Of a stretch of 64,000 nt of DNA, positions 25,121-37,161 are shown one piece after another. Numbering within the stretch: the stretch's first letter is position 1; each line of letters starts with the position of its first letter. Under the pieces are notes generated by a model, which was not told where the DNA came from, made no database searches, and saw nothing but the letters and a program-made list of their open reading frames with translations. The stretch is from Dictyostelium discoideum. Lineage: Eukaryota. The stretch covers positions 2,400,001 to 2,464,000 of the forward strand of contig CM000153.2 of the NCBI GenBank assembly GCA_000004695.1. The letters run 5' to 3'. The translations under genes were made by a program, and so were the position numbers.

Positions 25121-25279
25121 GAAATTCTACTTAAAATTATTTTTAAATCTTTAATATTTTTTAAATTATCTAATAATTCAAATTTTAATGATGAGTTTTC
25201 TTGTGAAGAAAAAAATTGAATTAAATTTTGTCTTTCTTCAATAACAAATCTATTTCTTGATGGTCTCATAAACCAAGTT
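25121..25279 (-). CDS. msh5: msh5 exon 5
   Basis: TWFMRPSRNRFVIEERQNLIQFF... GTATGT donor at 25120; acceptor ag at 25281/25280. Confidence 0.6.
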
Positions 25280-25387
25280 CTAAAATTAAAAAAAAAAAAA
25301 AAAAGTACTGTTTAATAGTTATATTATAATATAATATATCATTATATTCTTCAATATTGAAAATTATTGATTAAAAAAATATATTAC

Positions 25388-25486
25388 TTTAATAACTTTT
25401 TACCCATTGTTGTTTTTGTTTTATCGAACAAACCAAATAAAGATAATCCTTCTTTTGAATTACCGAATGAATAACAACTTGGATGG
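25388..25486 (-). CDS. msh5: msh5 exon 4
   Basis: HPSCYSFGNSKEGLSLFGLFDKTKTTMGKKLL (cf. MSH5 SHPSVYK..LKEGLSLFGIL). GTAATA donor; acceptor ag at 25488/25487. Confidence 0.6.
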
Positions 25487-25557
25487 CTTTTTTTAATAAA
25501 AATATTAGTGTTAAAATAAATTTTTTTTAAAAAAAAAAAAAAAAAAGAAATGATTAC

Positions 25558-25727
25558 TTTTGGTTTGAAAATATTTGTAATGAAAATAAAGTATTATTAT
25601 CTAATAATAAATATTGATTTAAAGTAATTGGACAAATTTCATTAATAATTAAATTATCCAAAGAATCGAAATCATCCAATAAAATATATTTTGATAAATA
25701 TGATAATAATCCACCAACTGCTCTTAT
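25558..25727 (-). CDS. msh5: msh5 exon 3
   Basis: IRAVGGLLSYLSKYILLDD...LQIFSNQ (cf. MSH5 TVRALGGLLKFL...LQIFKSE). GTAATC donor at 25557. Confidence 0.6.
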
Positions 25728-25823
25728 CTAATATTTTTTAATAAAAAAAAAAAGAAAAAAACGAAAAAAAAGGGTTAATATTGCTTTGTGTTTTTTTAAT
25801 TTTTTAGAATAAATTTTATTTAC

Positions 25824-26101
25824 CATTTCAATATTATCAAAATTGAAAACATTTTGTAAAAATGTATATTTAATTGTTGTATTGTTGGTATTGCACATTG
25901 ATAATTTAAGATTTAACAATCTATTCTTTGATGATTCAAATGTAAAATCACTAAATCTTGAATAATGGTATTGAGTATTTTTTGATGTTTGTTTTTCATT
26001 ATTTTCATTAGAGTCATCTAAATTTCTTAAAATATTATCAATAAATTTTTGTGGCATTCTTGAAGGTATTATTATTACTTTTGGATTTATTAGTTGTTTA
26101 A
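25824..26101 (-). CDS. msh5: msh5 exon 2
   Basis: KQLINPKVIIIPSRMPQKFIDNILRNL... GTAAAT donor at 25823; acceptor ag at 26103/26102. Confidence 0.55.
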
Positions 26102-26196
26102 CTTTTTTAAAAAATAAAAAATTATAGAGTTAATAAAATTTTTTTTTTTTTTTAATTTAATATTAGATTTAATTAAATAAATAACAATATACCTAC

Positions 26197-26473
26197 TTGA
26201 ATTTAAACAAGAAAAATTCTCATCTTCCCAGCATTGGCATAAATAGATATTAGATTCTAATCTATCATAATAAGCTACACCAATTTTTAAATCTTGATAA
26301 AAAACTGCTAAAATTGAATGTGATTGATTATCAATTTCTATATTATCATTACTAATTCCATTTGTATTTTCATTAATACTTTTGTTGGATCCAATAATAT
26401 GATGTGGTGGTATTTCATTATCAACCCAACCAATTGGACTTTGATTATTTATTAAAATATTATGTGTATTCAT
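26197..26473 (-). CDS. msh5: msh5 exon 1
   Basis: ATG 26473-26471. ILAVFYQDLKIGVAYYD resembles the MSH5 N-terminal LGIAYYD block. GTAGGT donor at 26196. The six exons sum to 2643 nt = 880 aa + stop. Confidence 0.55.
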
Positions 26474-26529
26474 TTTCTAATTAATTAAAATATTAAAAAA
26501 AAAAAAAAAAAAAATTAGTTATGTTTAAA

Positions 26530-26564
<35 letters not shown>

Positions 26565-26749
26565 ATAATTTAAGAAATTATTTTTATTATTTTAAAATCA
26601 AATAAATAAAAATTAATATAAATTTTTTTAAAATTATTAAAATTATGATTTTATTTATTTTTTAAGTATATATATTTTTTAATAAATAACCAAAAAAAGA
26701 TATTACCTTTTTTTTTTTTTTTTTTTTTTTTTTCCAAAACAATAATTAA

Positions 26750-27334
26750 TTAAAGTTGAGATGAATTTGTTTCAAGCATTTTTCTTAAAAAACATCTAAT
26801 TAAAGTTGCAATATTTCTATTAACTTGAGAAAGAGTATGTTGTTCTAAAGATAGTAAAGGAGAAGAAGATAATCTTAGATCAGTTGGAGGCCATCTTTTA
26901 ATTTGTAAACAAGTTGAAAATTGTTTAAATCTATCAATCATTTGTACCATTAATTCTAAACCACAAACCCATTCATCTTTTATTGTATCCCAAACGATTT
27001 GATAAGTTTCATTCATTGGATTAGGTGGAACTTGAACATCAATATAAAATTTAATACTTGAAATAAATAATTTATTCAATAACTCCTCGCCCTGTGGTAA
27101 TGCTAAAATATCCTTTTCATCTAAATTCTTTAAAATTCCAAATGATAATGTCATTAAAGTACCAATTAAAAATTGATATGTTATAATTTCATTATTTATA
27201 ACATTATTATTATTATTTTCATTATTATTGGTATTAATATTATTATTATTTTCATTTTCATTATTATTATTATTAATGTTTTGAATATTTTCAATATCAT
27301 TTTCATCAATATTTTGATTATTATTGTTATTTTG

Positions 27335-27400
<66 letters not shown>

Positions 27401-27540
27401 GTTGTTGTTATTATTATTATTATTATTATTTGGTAAACTATTACTTAATTGATTTATACATTCAATTGAAACAATTAATAATTGTAAGAAAGCTGTTCTT
27501 GTAGTAGTACCAGGGAACCCACCACCAATACTACCAACCA

Positions 27541-27628
<88 letters not shown>

Positions 27629-29954
27629 GTTTGAACAACCATTTTGAATTGATAAATCATTTAAATAAGAAGTAATAATTTCGCAAGCTCTTGGTATTAT
27701 AATATTAACTGTTATATCAGCAGATACACCATAATCCCTAAGATTATTAATGATAGGATCAGATTTCAATGATGGATCTTTGACGAAATCAATTAAAGAT
27801 GATAAATAGAATGACATATAATTTGCAATTCTTAAATGACAATGATTATTGAAAAATGATTCTCTGCACTCTTGATCATCAATATAGAATGCTATACCAG
27901 GCAAAAGGAAACAAAGATAATAACCAAATTCGTCACGGTATTGTAAAAGATATTGCAATATGAAATGAAGTGATAACTTTAAGTTTGAAGACATTGATTT
28001 AGTTTCCTCTGCAATCCATAACCCTAATAATTTGACACTACCAATCACCAATTGATTTGGTTTAACCTCTGGTGTTTCCTCTGCAACTTGTTTTAAATAA
28101 TTCAATATAATTGATATTGATTCAACTAAAATATCATTGATTTTACCAAATGTATCAATTGAAAATATTGCAATATTTGATTTCTTAATTTTATTATTAT
28201 TATTATTATTATTTGATGGCGATGTTGTTGGTGGTGTTGGTGTTAATGATGATGCTTCAATTGTCACATTTGAATTAAAAGTATTACTATCATCAAAATA
28301 AGTTGTTAAGAATAAAACTGTATTTTCAATAGAAAGATAACAAGAAGATAATAATGATTCATTTTGTTTACTAATTACTTCTTCAAGTAAAAGGATCATA
28401 TGAATTTCAGATCTAATCATTTGTAAAGATAATAATAAGAACTTCTCTGATGAAATCATTAATTGATTGAGTTGGTCTGATGATTTCATGAATAACCATT
28501 TACCACCTAAAACATCCAATAACATTGAATAGAAAATGATTGAATTATTTCTCCATTCCTGTTTTAATTTCTTACTTGAAAATATTGAATACAATCCAAT
28601 CATTAAATTATCCCTCCATGACATTATTCTATCATTTATTATCTTTTTATTAAAATCACTAAAATCTTCAAAATCTTCTTCAAAATTAATATCATTATTA
28701 TTATTATTATTTAAATCACTATGTTTTTGTTTTGAATTATTATTATTAATATTATTATTATTATTTTCATTATCATTATTAATTTCATTTGATTTGTTTT
28801 GAGTTGTTATTAAATTATTTACAGATGAAAATAGTGAAATAAAAGATTGAGTTGTAATATCTTGATGATGAGTAAAGATTGGTATGAGTATTGATAGAAT
28901 TGAAAATTTAAATTCATCGAATCTTTCCCTAAAAATAATTGATAATGGTTCAATTAGAATTAAATCATTGTTTCTGTTTGGCCGGCTACTATTATTCTTT
29001 TCATTACTACTACTATTTGATTTATTTTTCTTTTTTTTATTATTATTACTATTTTCATTTATAGATTCATTATTATTATTATCATTAGTTACTTCATCTG
29101 TTATAGTAGTAGTATTATTTGAAGTAGTAGTAGAAGTTGTTGTTGTAGTTGTTGTTGTGGTTGTTGTAGTTGTTGTTGAATTTGAATTTTTATTATTAAT
29201 ATTATTAATATTATTTGTATTAAGTAACGATGGTAATATTGTTGAAGATAATGGTAATGATTTTCTTTGAATATTGTAAACAACCAACAACACTAAGTTT
29301 ATAGTCAATTGAAATGTATTTGATAATACAATAATTGTTTGCTCTCTCTTTTTTTGTGCTATTCTTTCTTCTTCCTCTGAATCTAATTCTGATGAATCTG
29401 AATATTCTTCTTCACTATCATCTTCGTCCTCATAACTGCTATCATCTTCGTCATCATCATCTTCTTCTTCTTCTGTAATATCTTCATCATCACTATCTTT
29501 AACTACTAATTTCGCCTCTACTTCCTCGACGATATCATCGTCATCATCTTTTACTTGAACACTAGGATTACTTGTATTATTTGTGTTTATAGTTGTAAAC
29601 TTTTTAGAGATATTATGAATATATAAAATAAAGTCACACAATAATCTTAAATTCTCTACACTTGATAATGTATCTAAAACTGAATTATATTTATTTGTTT
29701 TCGAAGATATTGCCTCTGTTTTATCATTATCAGACTTATTTGATTTCTCTTTAATTATATTATTGTTATTACTACTACTACTATTACTATTATCACCATT
29801 ACAATTATTATTTAAATTTGAAGAAGAAACATTTGTTTTTGAAGAAGAGTTCTTTTTTAATACCTTTAGTTCCTCTCTAAGTGTATTTTCAAATAAACAT
29901 AATGAATATAAAGTTTGAACTGATTCATATAATAAATCTACATTTGATGACTCA
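26750..29954 (-). CDS. Neurochondrin-family protein, exon 3 (last; includes huge poly-N/poly-T/acidic inserts)
   Basis: SVKLLGLWIAEETKSMSSNLKLSLHFILQYL matches the neurochondrin core ([27 protein letters not shown]). The frame is open upstream of the track's TTG 'M' at 29641 to acceptor ag at 29956/29955. Confidence 0.75.
27337..27430. repeat. (ATT)n coding microsatellite (poly-Asn) in the neurochondrin-family gene
   Basis: Perfect repeat. A second run lies at 27539-27628. Confidence 0.9.
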
Positions 29955-30040
29955 CTATATAGATGATAAATGTAAAAATGTATTAAAATTTATATATGTA
30001 TATATAGGTTTGTGATGGCTTTTGATATTAAAAATCCTAC

Positions 30041-30422
30041 CTTTCAATTGAACGTTTTAAAATCATTGGAACTATTTGAACGGTTAACGGATGATAAAGG
30101 ATATTAAATAAAATTGAAGTTTTAGGTGTCGGTATTGGTTTTGAATTTTCTGTTGTTGCTGTTGTTGTTGTTGTTGTTGCTGATATTGTATCAGAAACTT
30201 TTACCTGTTGATCATTTGATGCTGTAATACCATCATCATCAAAATTTGCTCTTTTATTATTATTATTATTATTATTATTTTCATTGCTGTTATTACTATT
30301 ATCAGTTCGTTTTGTATCATTTTTATCATCCTCTTCTTCTTCCCCTTCTAATGGTTGTTGAACTGTACAAAATGTTGAAAGTATTGCAATTGATAAATTT
30401 ACATATGAAATAGACTCGACAC
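30041..30422 (-). CDS. Neurochondrin-family gene exon 2
   Basis: VESISYVNLSIAILSTFCTVQQPLEGEEEE...ILKRSIE. GTAGGA donor at 30040; acceptor ag at 30424/30423. Codon map verified end to end. Confidence 0.6.
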
Positions 30423-30536
30423 CTTTTTATTATTATTATTATTATTATTATTAAATTATTATTTGGTTAGAACATAATATTAGCTATCTTACTACTACTA
30501 CAACTAAGGTTAAATGTAGATTTATATAATACATAC

Positions 30537-30729
30537 CAGGTACTTTTGGAGTTTGTAATAATCTATAAAGGAAATCTAAACCTAATGAAGAATATACTTT
30601 ACTTAATGACTTATAGTCATTTGGTTTTATTAAATTCTTTACCAATATGATTCCAACAAATTTCTCTTCATCAACTTTACTTGATAACAAGTTTAAACAA
30701 GTTTGAAATGATGAATCTGTTGAATTCAT
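30537..30729 (-). CDS. Neurochondrin-family gene exon 1
   Basis: ATG 30729-30727. LLSSKVDEEKFVGIILVKNLIKPNDYKSLSKVYSSLGLDFLYRLLQT matches the neurochondrin N-terminus ([22 protein letters not shown]...FPNRLLTT). GTATGT donor at 30536. The three exons sum to 3780 nt = 1259 aa + stop. Confidence 0.65.
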
Positions 30730-31298
30730 ATCTACAATTATCTATAATATCGTTGTTTTTTTTTTTTTTTTTTAAAAAAAATTATTATTATTTATTTATT
30801 TATTTGTTTATTTATTTATTTATTTATTTATTTATTCTTTGTGTAGTGAGAGAAAAAAAAAAAATAAAAAATAAAAAATACAAAAAAATAAAAAAAAAAT
30901 AAAATAGATAAAAATTATAATAATTAATATTAAATAAATTCTATTTGCAGATTACGGAAATTTAAAAATAAAAAAAATGGGAATGGAAAAAAAAAAAAAA
31001 AAAATAAAAATAAAAATGAAAAATGAAAAAATAAAAATGGTATTATTTAAATTATGTATGTATATAATTTAAGTTAGATTATATTTATATAGTGTAGTTT
31101 ATAATGCGAATGATGAATGGATATATATTAATATATTTATACCTTCACTTGTGTGTGTTAAATTAAATTTAATTTTTTTTTAATGTTATTTTTGTTTTTA
31201 TTTTTTAATTTTTTTTTTTATTTTTATTTTTTATTTTTATTTTTATTTTTATTTTTTTTTTTTATTTTTTTTTCTTTTTTTTTTTCCAATTTTCACTT

Positions 31299-31330
<32 letters not shown>

Positions 31331-31734
31331 CTTTTTCGAAATTCATTTCCTTTTTTTATTTTTAACTCTAAACCTATCATAATATTATTATTATTATCAT
31401 ATAGAATATCATTGAATTTGATTTTTGATAATTTGCTTAAATTTACCATTGTAATTTGTAAAAAAAATGAGATTATTTAAAAAAAAAAAAAAAAATATAA
31501 TCCAATAAAATCAATTTTCTGGTTTTTTTTTTTTTATATAAAATAATATATTCCCTCTTGTTGTTCCTTAAAATAAAAAAACAATTACAAAAAAAATGAA
31601 TGATAAATAATCAAGTTCTAAAAATAAATTTATTTTTTGACAAAAAAAAAAAAAAAAAAAAAATGAAAATAATTTTTTTTTTTTTTTTTTTTTTTTTTTT
31701 GATTTAATATTTTTTAAAAAAAGGTTAAAATAAA

Positions 31735-31933
31735 ATGAAAGCAACAAATAGTAATATTAAAAAAGCCATCCAAACCATTTTGAAAAAACAAATACCTGGA
31801 AAATTATGGATTATTGATGAAATGGTTTCAAATTTGGAAAATCTTCAAATCAAGGATTGTTCAAAAGGTTGTGATAATTTGGTTTATTTAGTTTCATTGA
31901 AAAATGAAAATAATAATATTAAAAATGGTGATG

Positions 31934-31965
<32 letters not shown>

Positions 31966-32400
31966 GATGAGGAAAAAATTATTATAAGAATACCAAAACT
32001 TTTAGGAGATGAAGATTGTCCAATAATGCATACACCAAAAATGCAAGCTGAATTATTAAAAGTTTTAAATGAAATGAAATTTAATGAAATTGATATAATG
32101 GTACCAAATTTATTATCATATGATGATCAATTCGTTATAGAATCATATATACCCTCACAAGATTTGAGTGAAGTCTTTTCAAAACCATCACAAATGAATG
32201 ATACTCAAATCAAACAAGTATTTACAAAGATTGGCACAATTTTGAAAAGAATTCATTCAAAATCCACTCCATCTGCTTCATATGGTAGTTTAAAAAATGT
32301 ACAATTACAAGGTTCACTTTCAAATTGGAATGATTATTTTGAAATTGATTTCATTAAACAATTTGATACAATGGAAATTAATATAGAAATAATTAATAAT

Positions 32401-32434
<34 letters not shown>

Positions 32435-32895
32435 TTAAAGATAGAGAAGAAGTTATAAATCGTTTAAAAGGATTTTATTATGGTGATGTAAAAAAGTACC
32501 TTTTAGAATTCAATAAACCAACTTTAGTTCATGCTGATTTATGTAGTAATAATATTAGAATCAATAAATGTAAAAATAAAAATAATAATAATGATGATAT
32601 TAAAGTAACTGGTATTATTGATTTTGCAGATTCAATTAGTGGTGATGGGTTATATGATATTGGTAGAATTCTATCTCATGTTTATGGTGATTGGAGATTT
32701 ATTGATGCAATTGAAATTGGTTATTGTGAAAATTCATCACCATTCAATCAAACTCAATTAAAAATGATCATATTCTATGCATTGTCATTTTGTTGTTGGT
32801 TATTAGATATCTCTGACACTGAAGATGATATAATAAAATATAATCAAATTTTATCATCTTTATTAAACCATTATAAAAACAAAATAAATAAATAA
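31735..32895 (+). CDS. Aminoglycoside/choline-kinase-fold phosphotransferase (APH-like) domain protein, 386 aa, single exon
   Basis: Catalytic-loop-like LVHADLCSNNIRI (HxDLxxxN) and IIDFADSISGDGLYDIG (DFxxxxxGDxxxD). aaaATG start context. Confidence 0.8.
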
Positions 32896-32932
32896 AAAAA
32901 TAAATGATAATTTATTGAAACAATTATTATTT

Positions 32933-33565
32933 TTAATCTTCAATTAATGATAAATATCTTTTTTTATCAAGTTGAGTAAGTTTTGATTGTTCATCATAGT
33001 TTGTTGGAATGATTGATTGTGAGATTTTAAGGAATTCAGAGAGTGGACACATACCATCTACCTCTTTATCTTTACATGGTCCAATATGAATTGGTTTATG
33101 ATTATAGATAACTTTAACATATTGATGATTGATTAATTCCTTTTCGATTGATTTTGTGATTTTCACAACTTCTGGTTCTTTGTAATCTTTATCTTGCATT
33201 AAAAGGAATTCTAAAGTTGATGAAGTCACTGGATGAATTTTATCTTCATACATATCGTAACCCACTAATAATGCTGCCAATGTAGTATCGTGACCTGAAT
33301 ATAATGAAAGTTTTAAATCTTTTACTGATGGATCATTACGTGCTTTCAATTTTAATTCTTTATTTAAATCATCAACGAATCTACCAATACCCAATATCGA
33401 CATCTCTGGGAAATATCTTGCACTCTTAAATTCTTTTGCACTCTCTTCATACATTCTTTGAATAATATCTTTTGTTAATCCTTTTGGAATTGGTAAACCA
33501 TTATTTCTAAAACAATCAAATGAATTCACTAATCCTGCATATGATCTAAATCCTCTAGCTCTAAA
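32933..33565 (-). CDS. Histidine acid phosphatase paralogue A, exon 4 (last; contains the HD motif YSGHDTTLAALL)
   Basis: ORF-track 198-aa ORF extended upstream (FRARGFRSYAGLVNSFDCF...) to acceptor ag at 33567/33566. Confidence 0.75.
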   Translation of the reverse strand, partial: FRARGFRSYAGLVNSFDCFRNNGLPIPKGLTKDIIQRMYEESAKEFKSARYFPEMSILGIGRFVDDLNKELKLKARNDPSVKDLKLSLYSGHDTTLAALLVGYDMYEDKIHPVTSSTLEFLLMQDKDYKEPEVVKITKSIEKELINHQYVKVIYNHKPIHIGPCKDKEVDGMCPLSEFLKISQSIIPTNYDEQSKLTQLDKKRYLSLIED

Positions 33566-33644
33566 CTAAAATTATTTATTTATTTATTATTATTATTAAT
33601 CTATTATTTTTTTTATTTATTTTTTTTTTCCAACTTTTACATAC

Positions 33645-33770
33645 ACTTGATTCTTCTGGTTTACTATTTTCAAAAATTTTATTAATTTTTTCAGTAAATT
33701 TTTCTAATTCACTTAATTGATTCTCTTTAATAACTTTTGGATGTTGTTTAATTAAATTTTTTAAAAATAC
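33645..33770 (-). CDS. Histidine acid phosphatase A, exon 3
   Basis: VFLKNLIKQHPKVIKENQLSELEKFTEKINKIFENSKPEESS. GTATGT donor; acceptor ag at 33772/33771. 42 codons. Confidence 0.6.
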
Positions 33771-33847
33771 CTAATTAAAAAAAAAATAATTAATAAATAT
33801 TGAAAATGTTGTTTGGAGAAAACAAAAAAAAAAAAAAAAAACATTAC

Positions 33848-33973
33848 TAATTTTTTTGAATTTCTTGGATACATATTCTCTTCATTATCTGGTTTCACTA
33901 AAAATGAAGAATGATGTGGTGATTTCTCTTGTTCATCAGTAAATGAACCACCATAAAGACCATGCATTAAAGA
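33848..33973 (-). CDS. Histidine acid phosphatase A, exon 2
   Basis: SLMHGLYGGSFTDEQEKSPHHSSFLVKPDNEENMYPRNSKKL. GTAATG donor; acceptor ag at 33975/33974. Confidence 0.65.
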
Positions 33974-34081
33974 CTTTTTTTTTTTTTTTTTTCAAAAAAT
34001 TTAAAAATGTTAATAATAATAATAATAATAATTGTTAAAAAAAAGAATATAAATAATGTATATAATTTATATAAAAATTAC

Positions 34082-34591
34082 TCTGGCAGAAGAAATTGTT
34101 CTTGTTGTATTTGTGGATCTAATAAAGATTTGATCTTTGTTATATTGAGAATCAAGGAAACCAAGATGATCAATAAATAATTTTCTATAAATTTTACCAA
34201 CATTAATTTGATCAACTATACCAAGTACAGTTAATTGACCTGGATTACAATTTGGTCTTGGTGAATCTTTATTTGAGATTAAATGATCCATTGAATTACA
34301 CATCCACATTGTTAATGGTGTTCTATTTGATTCTGGTGTTCTTCTGCCATGTCTAGTTACGATTTGAATGAATTTCAATTTATATTTTTCATTATCATAA
34401 TCTTCAAGATGAACATCTGTTGATCTCAATGGAGAGAATTTAAATTTTGGATCAGAATGTTCATTCTTTAAATCTCTACTATTAATATTTGTTTGTAACT
34501 CAACTTTTATACCACTACCTCTACCATCACCACCACCACCATTTTGATTTTCTTCAACTTTTTGTTGACTTTTTCTAAAATAACTAAACAT
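34082..34591 (-). CDS. Histidine acid phosphatase A, exon 1 (RHGRRTP active-site motif)
   Basis: ATG 34591-34589. ...IVTRHGRRTPESNRTPLTMW... GTAATT donor at 34081. The four exons sum to 1395 nt = 464 aa + stop. Confidence 0.7.
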
Positions 34592-34638
34592 TATACCAAA
34601 ATTTTATTTCAAAATTATTTGCGTAAAAACGTTTTGAG

Positions 34639-34674
<36 letters not shown>

Positions 34675-35038
34675 AAAAAAAGCAAAAAATGATAATGATC
34701 AAAACGTTTTGTTTTTTTTTAATTTTTATTTTTAAATTTTTATTTTTTTTTAATTTTAAATCTTTAAAAATCTTCGGCACCAAAAATGAACTGTTTGACT
34801 TTCTTATTTTAAAAAATAAAAAAAAAAAAAAAAAAATTATTATTATTTCGAAAATAAACAGGGGTGTTAATTTTTTATTTATTTATATATTTATTTATTT
34901 ATTTTCCCCCATTCCAATAAATGTAACCAAGAAAAAAAAGAATAAAAAATTTCAAAATATATTTATTTATTTTTATTTTTATTTTTATTTTTATTTTAAT
35001 CTTTTATTTTCAATCAAACAAAAAAAAAATAATTATTT

Positions 35039-35662
35039 TTAGGTTGATTCTTGAATATATTTATTCTTTTCTTCATCAGTAATTTTTGATTGTTCATCAT
35101 AATTTGTTGGAATGATTGATTGTGAGATTTTAAGGAATTCAGAGAGTGGACACATACCGTCTACTTCTTTATCTTTACATGGTCCAATATGAATTGGTTT
35201 ATGATTAAAGATAACTTTAACATATTGATGATTGATTAATTCCTTTTCATTTGATTTTGTGACAACTTCTGGTTCTTTATAGTTTTTATCTTGGAATAAA
35301 AGATATTCCAAAGCTGATGAAGTCACTGGATGAACATTATCTTCATACATATCATAAGCCACCAATAATGCTGCCAATGTAGTATCGTGACCTGAATATA
35401 ATGAAAGTTTTAAATCTTTTACTGATGGATCATTAACAGACTTTAAATACATTTGTTTTGTTAAATCATTAACGAATCTACCAATACCCAATATTGACAT
35501 CTCTGGGAATAATCTTGCACTCTTAAATTCTTTTGCACTCTCTTCATACATTCTTTGAATAACATCATTTGTAAATCCTTTTGGTAATGGTAAACCATTA
35601 TTTCTAAAACAATCAAATGAATTCACTAATCCTGCATATGATCTCCAACTTGGTACATAAAA
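35039..35662 (-). CDS. Histidine acid phosphatase paralogue B, exon 3 (last; HD motif)
   Basis: 195-aa ORF extended upstream (FYVPSWRSYAGLVNSFDCF) to acceptor ag at 35664/35663. Confidence 0.75.
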   Translation of the reverse strand, partial: FYVPSWRSYAGLVNSFDCFRNNGLPLPKGFTNDVIQRMYEESAKEFKSARLFPEMSILGIGRFVNDLTKQMYLKSVNDPSVKDLKLSLYSGHDTTLAALLVAYDMYEDNVHPVTSSALEYLLFQDKNYKEPEVVTKSNEKELINHQYVKVIFNHKPIHIGPCKDKEVDGMCPLSEFLKISQSIIPTNYDEQSKITDEEKNKYIQEST

Positions 35663-35694
35663 CTAACAATTGTAATAAATATTAATATATAAAT

Positions 35695-35735
<41 letters not shown>

Positions 35736-35752
35736 AAATTTTATTTACTTAC

Positions 35753-35875
35753 AGCAGTATCAAATTTGCTATCTTCAAAAATATTTTTAATCTTTTCAGT
35801 AAATTCTTTTAAATTACTCTTTTCATTTTCTTCAATTACAGCTTTATGTTTTTTTAATAAACCTTTTAAAAAATT
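35753..35875 (-). CDS. Histidine acid phosphatase B, exon 2
   Basis: NFLKGLLKKHKAVIEENEKSNLKEFTEKIKNIFEDSKFDTA. GTAAGT donor at 35752; acceptor ag at 35877/35876. Confidence 0.6.
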
Positions 35876-35969
35876 CTTTTTTTTTTTTAAAATTATTATA
35901 TAAAAAAAAAAAAAAATTATTATTATTATAATTTTCTTTATATATTAAAATAAATAATAAAAAACATAC

Positions 35970-36644
35970 ATATTTTGGAGAAGATCTTGGATACATATTT
36001 TCATCTTTTTCATCTAAAATTAAGAAAGAAGAATGATTTGGTGATTTTTCTTGATCATCAGCAAAAGAACCACCATAAAGACCATGCATGAAAGATCTAG
36101 CACTTGAGATTGTTCTTTCACGATTTGAAGATCTAATAAAGATTTGATCTTTATTATATTTATTATCAAGGAAATGAAGATTATTAATGAATAGATTTCT
36201 ATAAGCTTTACCAACATTAATTTGATCTACAATACCGAGTACAGTTAATTGACCCATATTACAATCTGGTCTTGAAGTATCTTTATTTGTAATTAATTGA
36301 TCCAATGAATTACAAGTCCACATTGTTAATGGATATCTCTTTGATTCTGGTGTTCTTCTACCATGTCTTGTAATGATTTGAACAAATTTCAATTGGTAAT
36401 TCTCTGGATTATATTCATCTATTGGTACTTTAGTTGATCTTAATGCTAAAAATTTAAAATTTGGATCTGTATGTTGATTCTTAAAATCTTCTTCTTTTAC
36501 AAGTGTTTGAAGGTAATCATTAATTTCAATTGAATTCTCTTTATTATTATCATTATTGTTTATATTGTTTTTTAAATTAATATTTGGATTTTCATCTAAT
36601 TTAACAGTACCAACTATTGAATTTAATAAAAAATTAATTATCAT
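35970..36644 (-). CDS. Histidine acid phosphatase B, exon 1 (RHGRRTP)
   Basis: ATG 36644-36642. It is continuous through ...TISSARSFMHGLYGG...PKY, with no intron where paralogue A has one. GTATGT donor at 35969. Total 1422 nt = 473 aa + stop. Confidence 0.7.
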
Positions 36645-37112
36645 TTTCTTTTTTTTTTTTTTTTTCTCCTCTAAAAAAATTATTTATTTAGTGAAAAAAA
36701 TACTATTACACCTTTTTTTAAAAAAATAAAAACAATAAAAAAAAAAAAAAAAATAAAAAATAACAACTTCACAAAAAAAAAAAAATTTAAATTAAAAAAA
36801 AAATAAATAGAAAAATAAAAAAAAAAAAAAAAATGAAATTAATGTTCGGGAATGAAATAAATGTCCGAATTAAGATTTTTTTGAACAATAAAGGTCTGAA
36901 ACTGTTTATCGATGAACAGCACAAAAAACACCGACTTTTTTTTTTTTTTTAAATTAAATAATTTTTTATTTTTATTTTTATTTTTTTTAGAATGCAAGCC
37001 ATAAATAGTTTTTTTTTATTTTAGAATGCAAATTATATTAATAGTTTTTTTTTTTTTTTATTTTTAAAAAGGAGAAAAGATAGATGTTTATGAAAAAAAA
37101 ATATATTTCTAT

Positions 37113-37157
<45 letters not shown>

Positions 37158-37161
<4 letters not shown>

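Noticed and set aside
36835-37055. Imperfect palindrome gttcgggaatgaaataaatgtccgaatt and duplicated ttagaatgcaaNNNata..ttttttttt units
   Set aside because: Short and imperfect. They are probably 3'-UTR or poly(A)-region elements of the OTU gene, or promoter elements of phosphatase B, and they have no distinctive signature.
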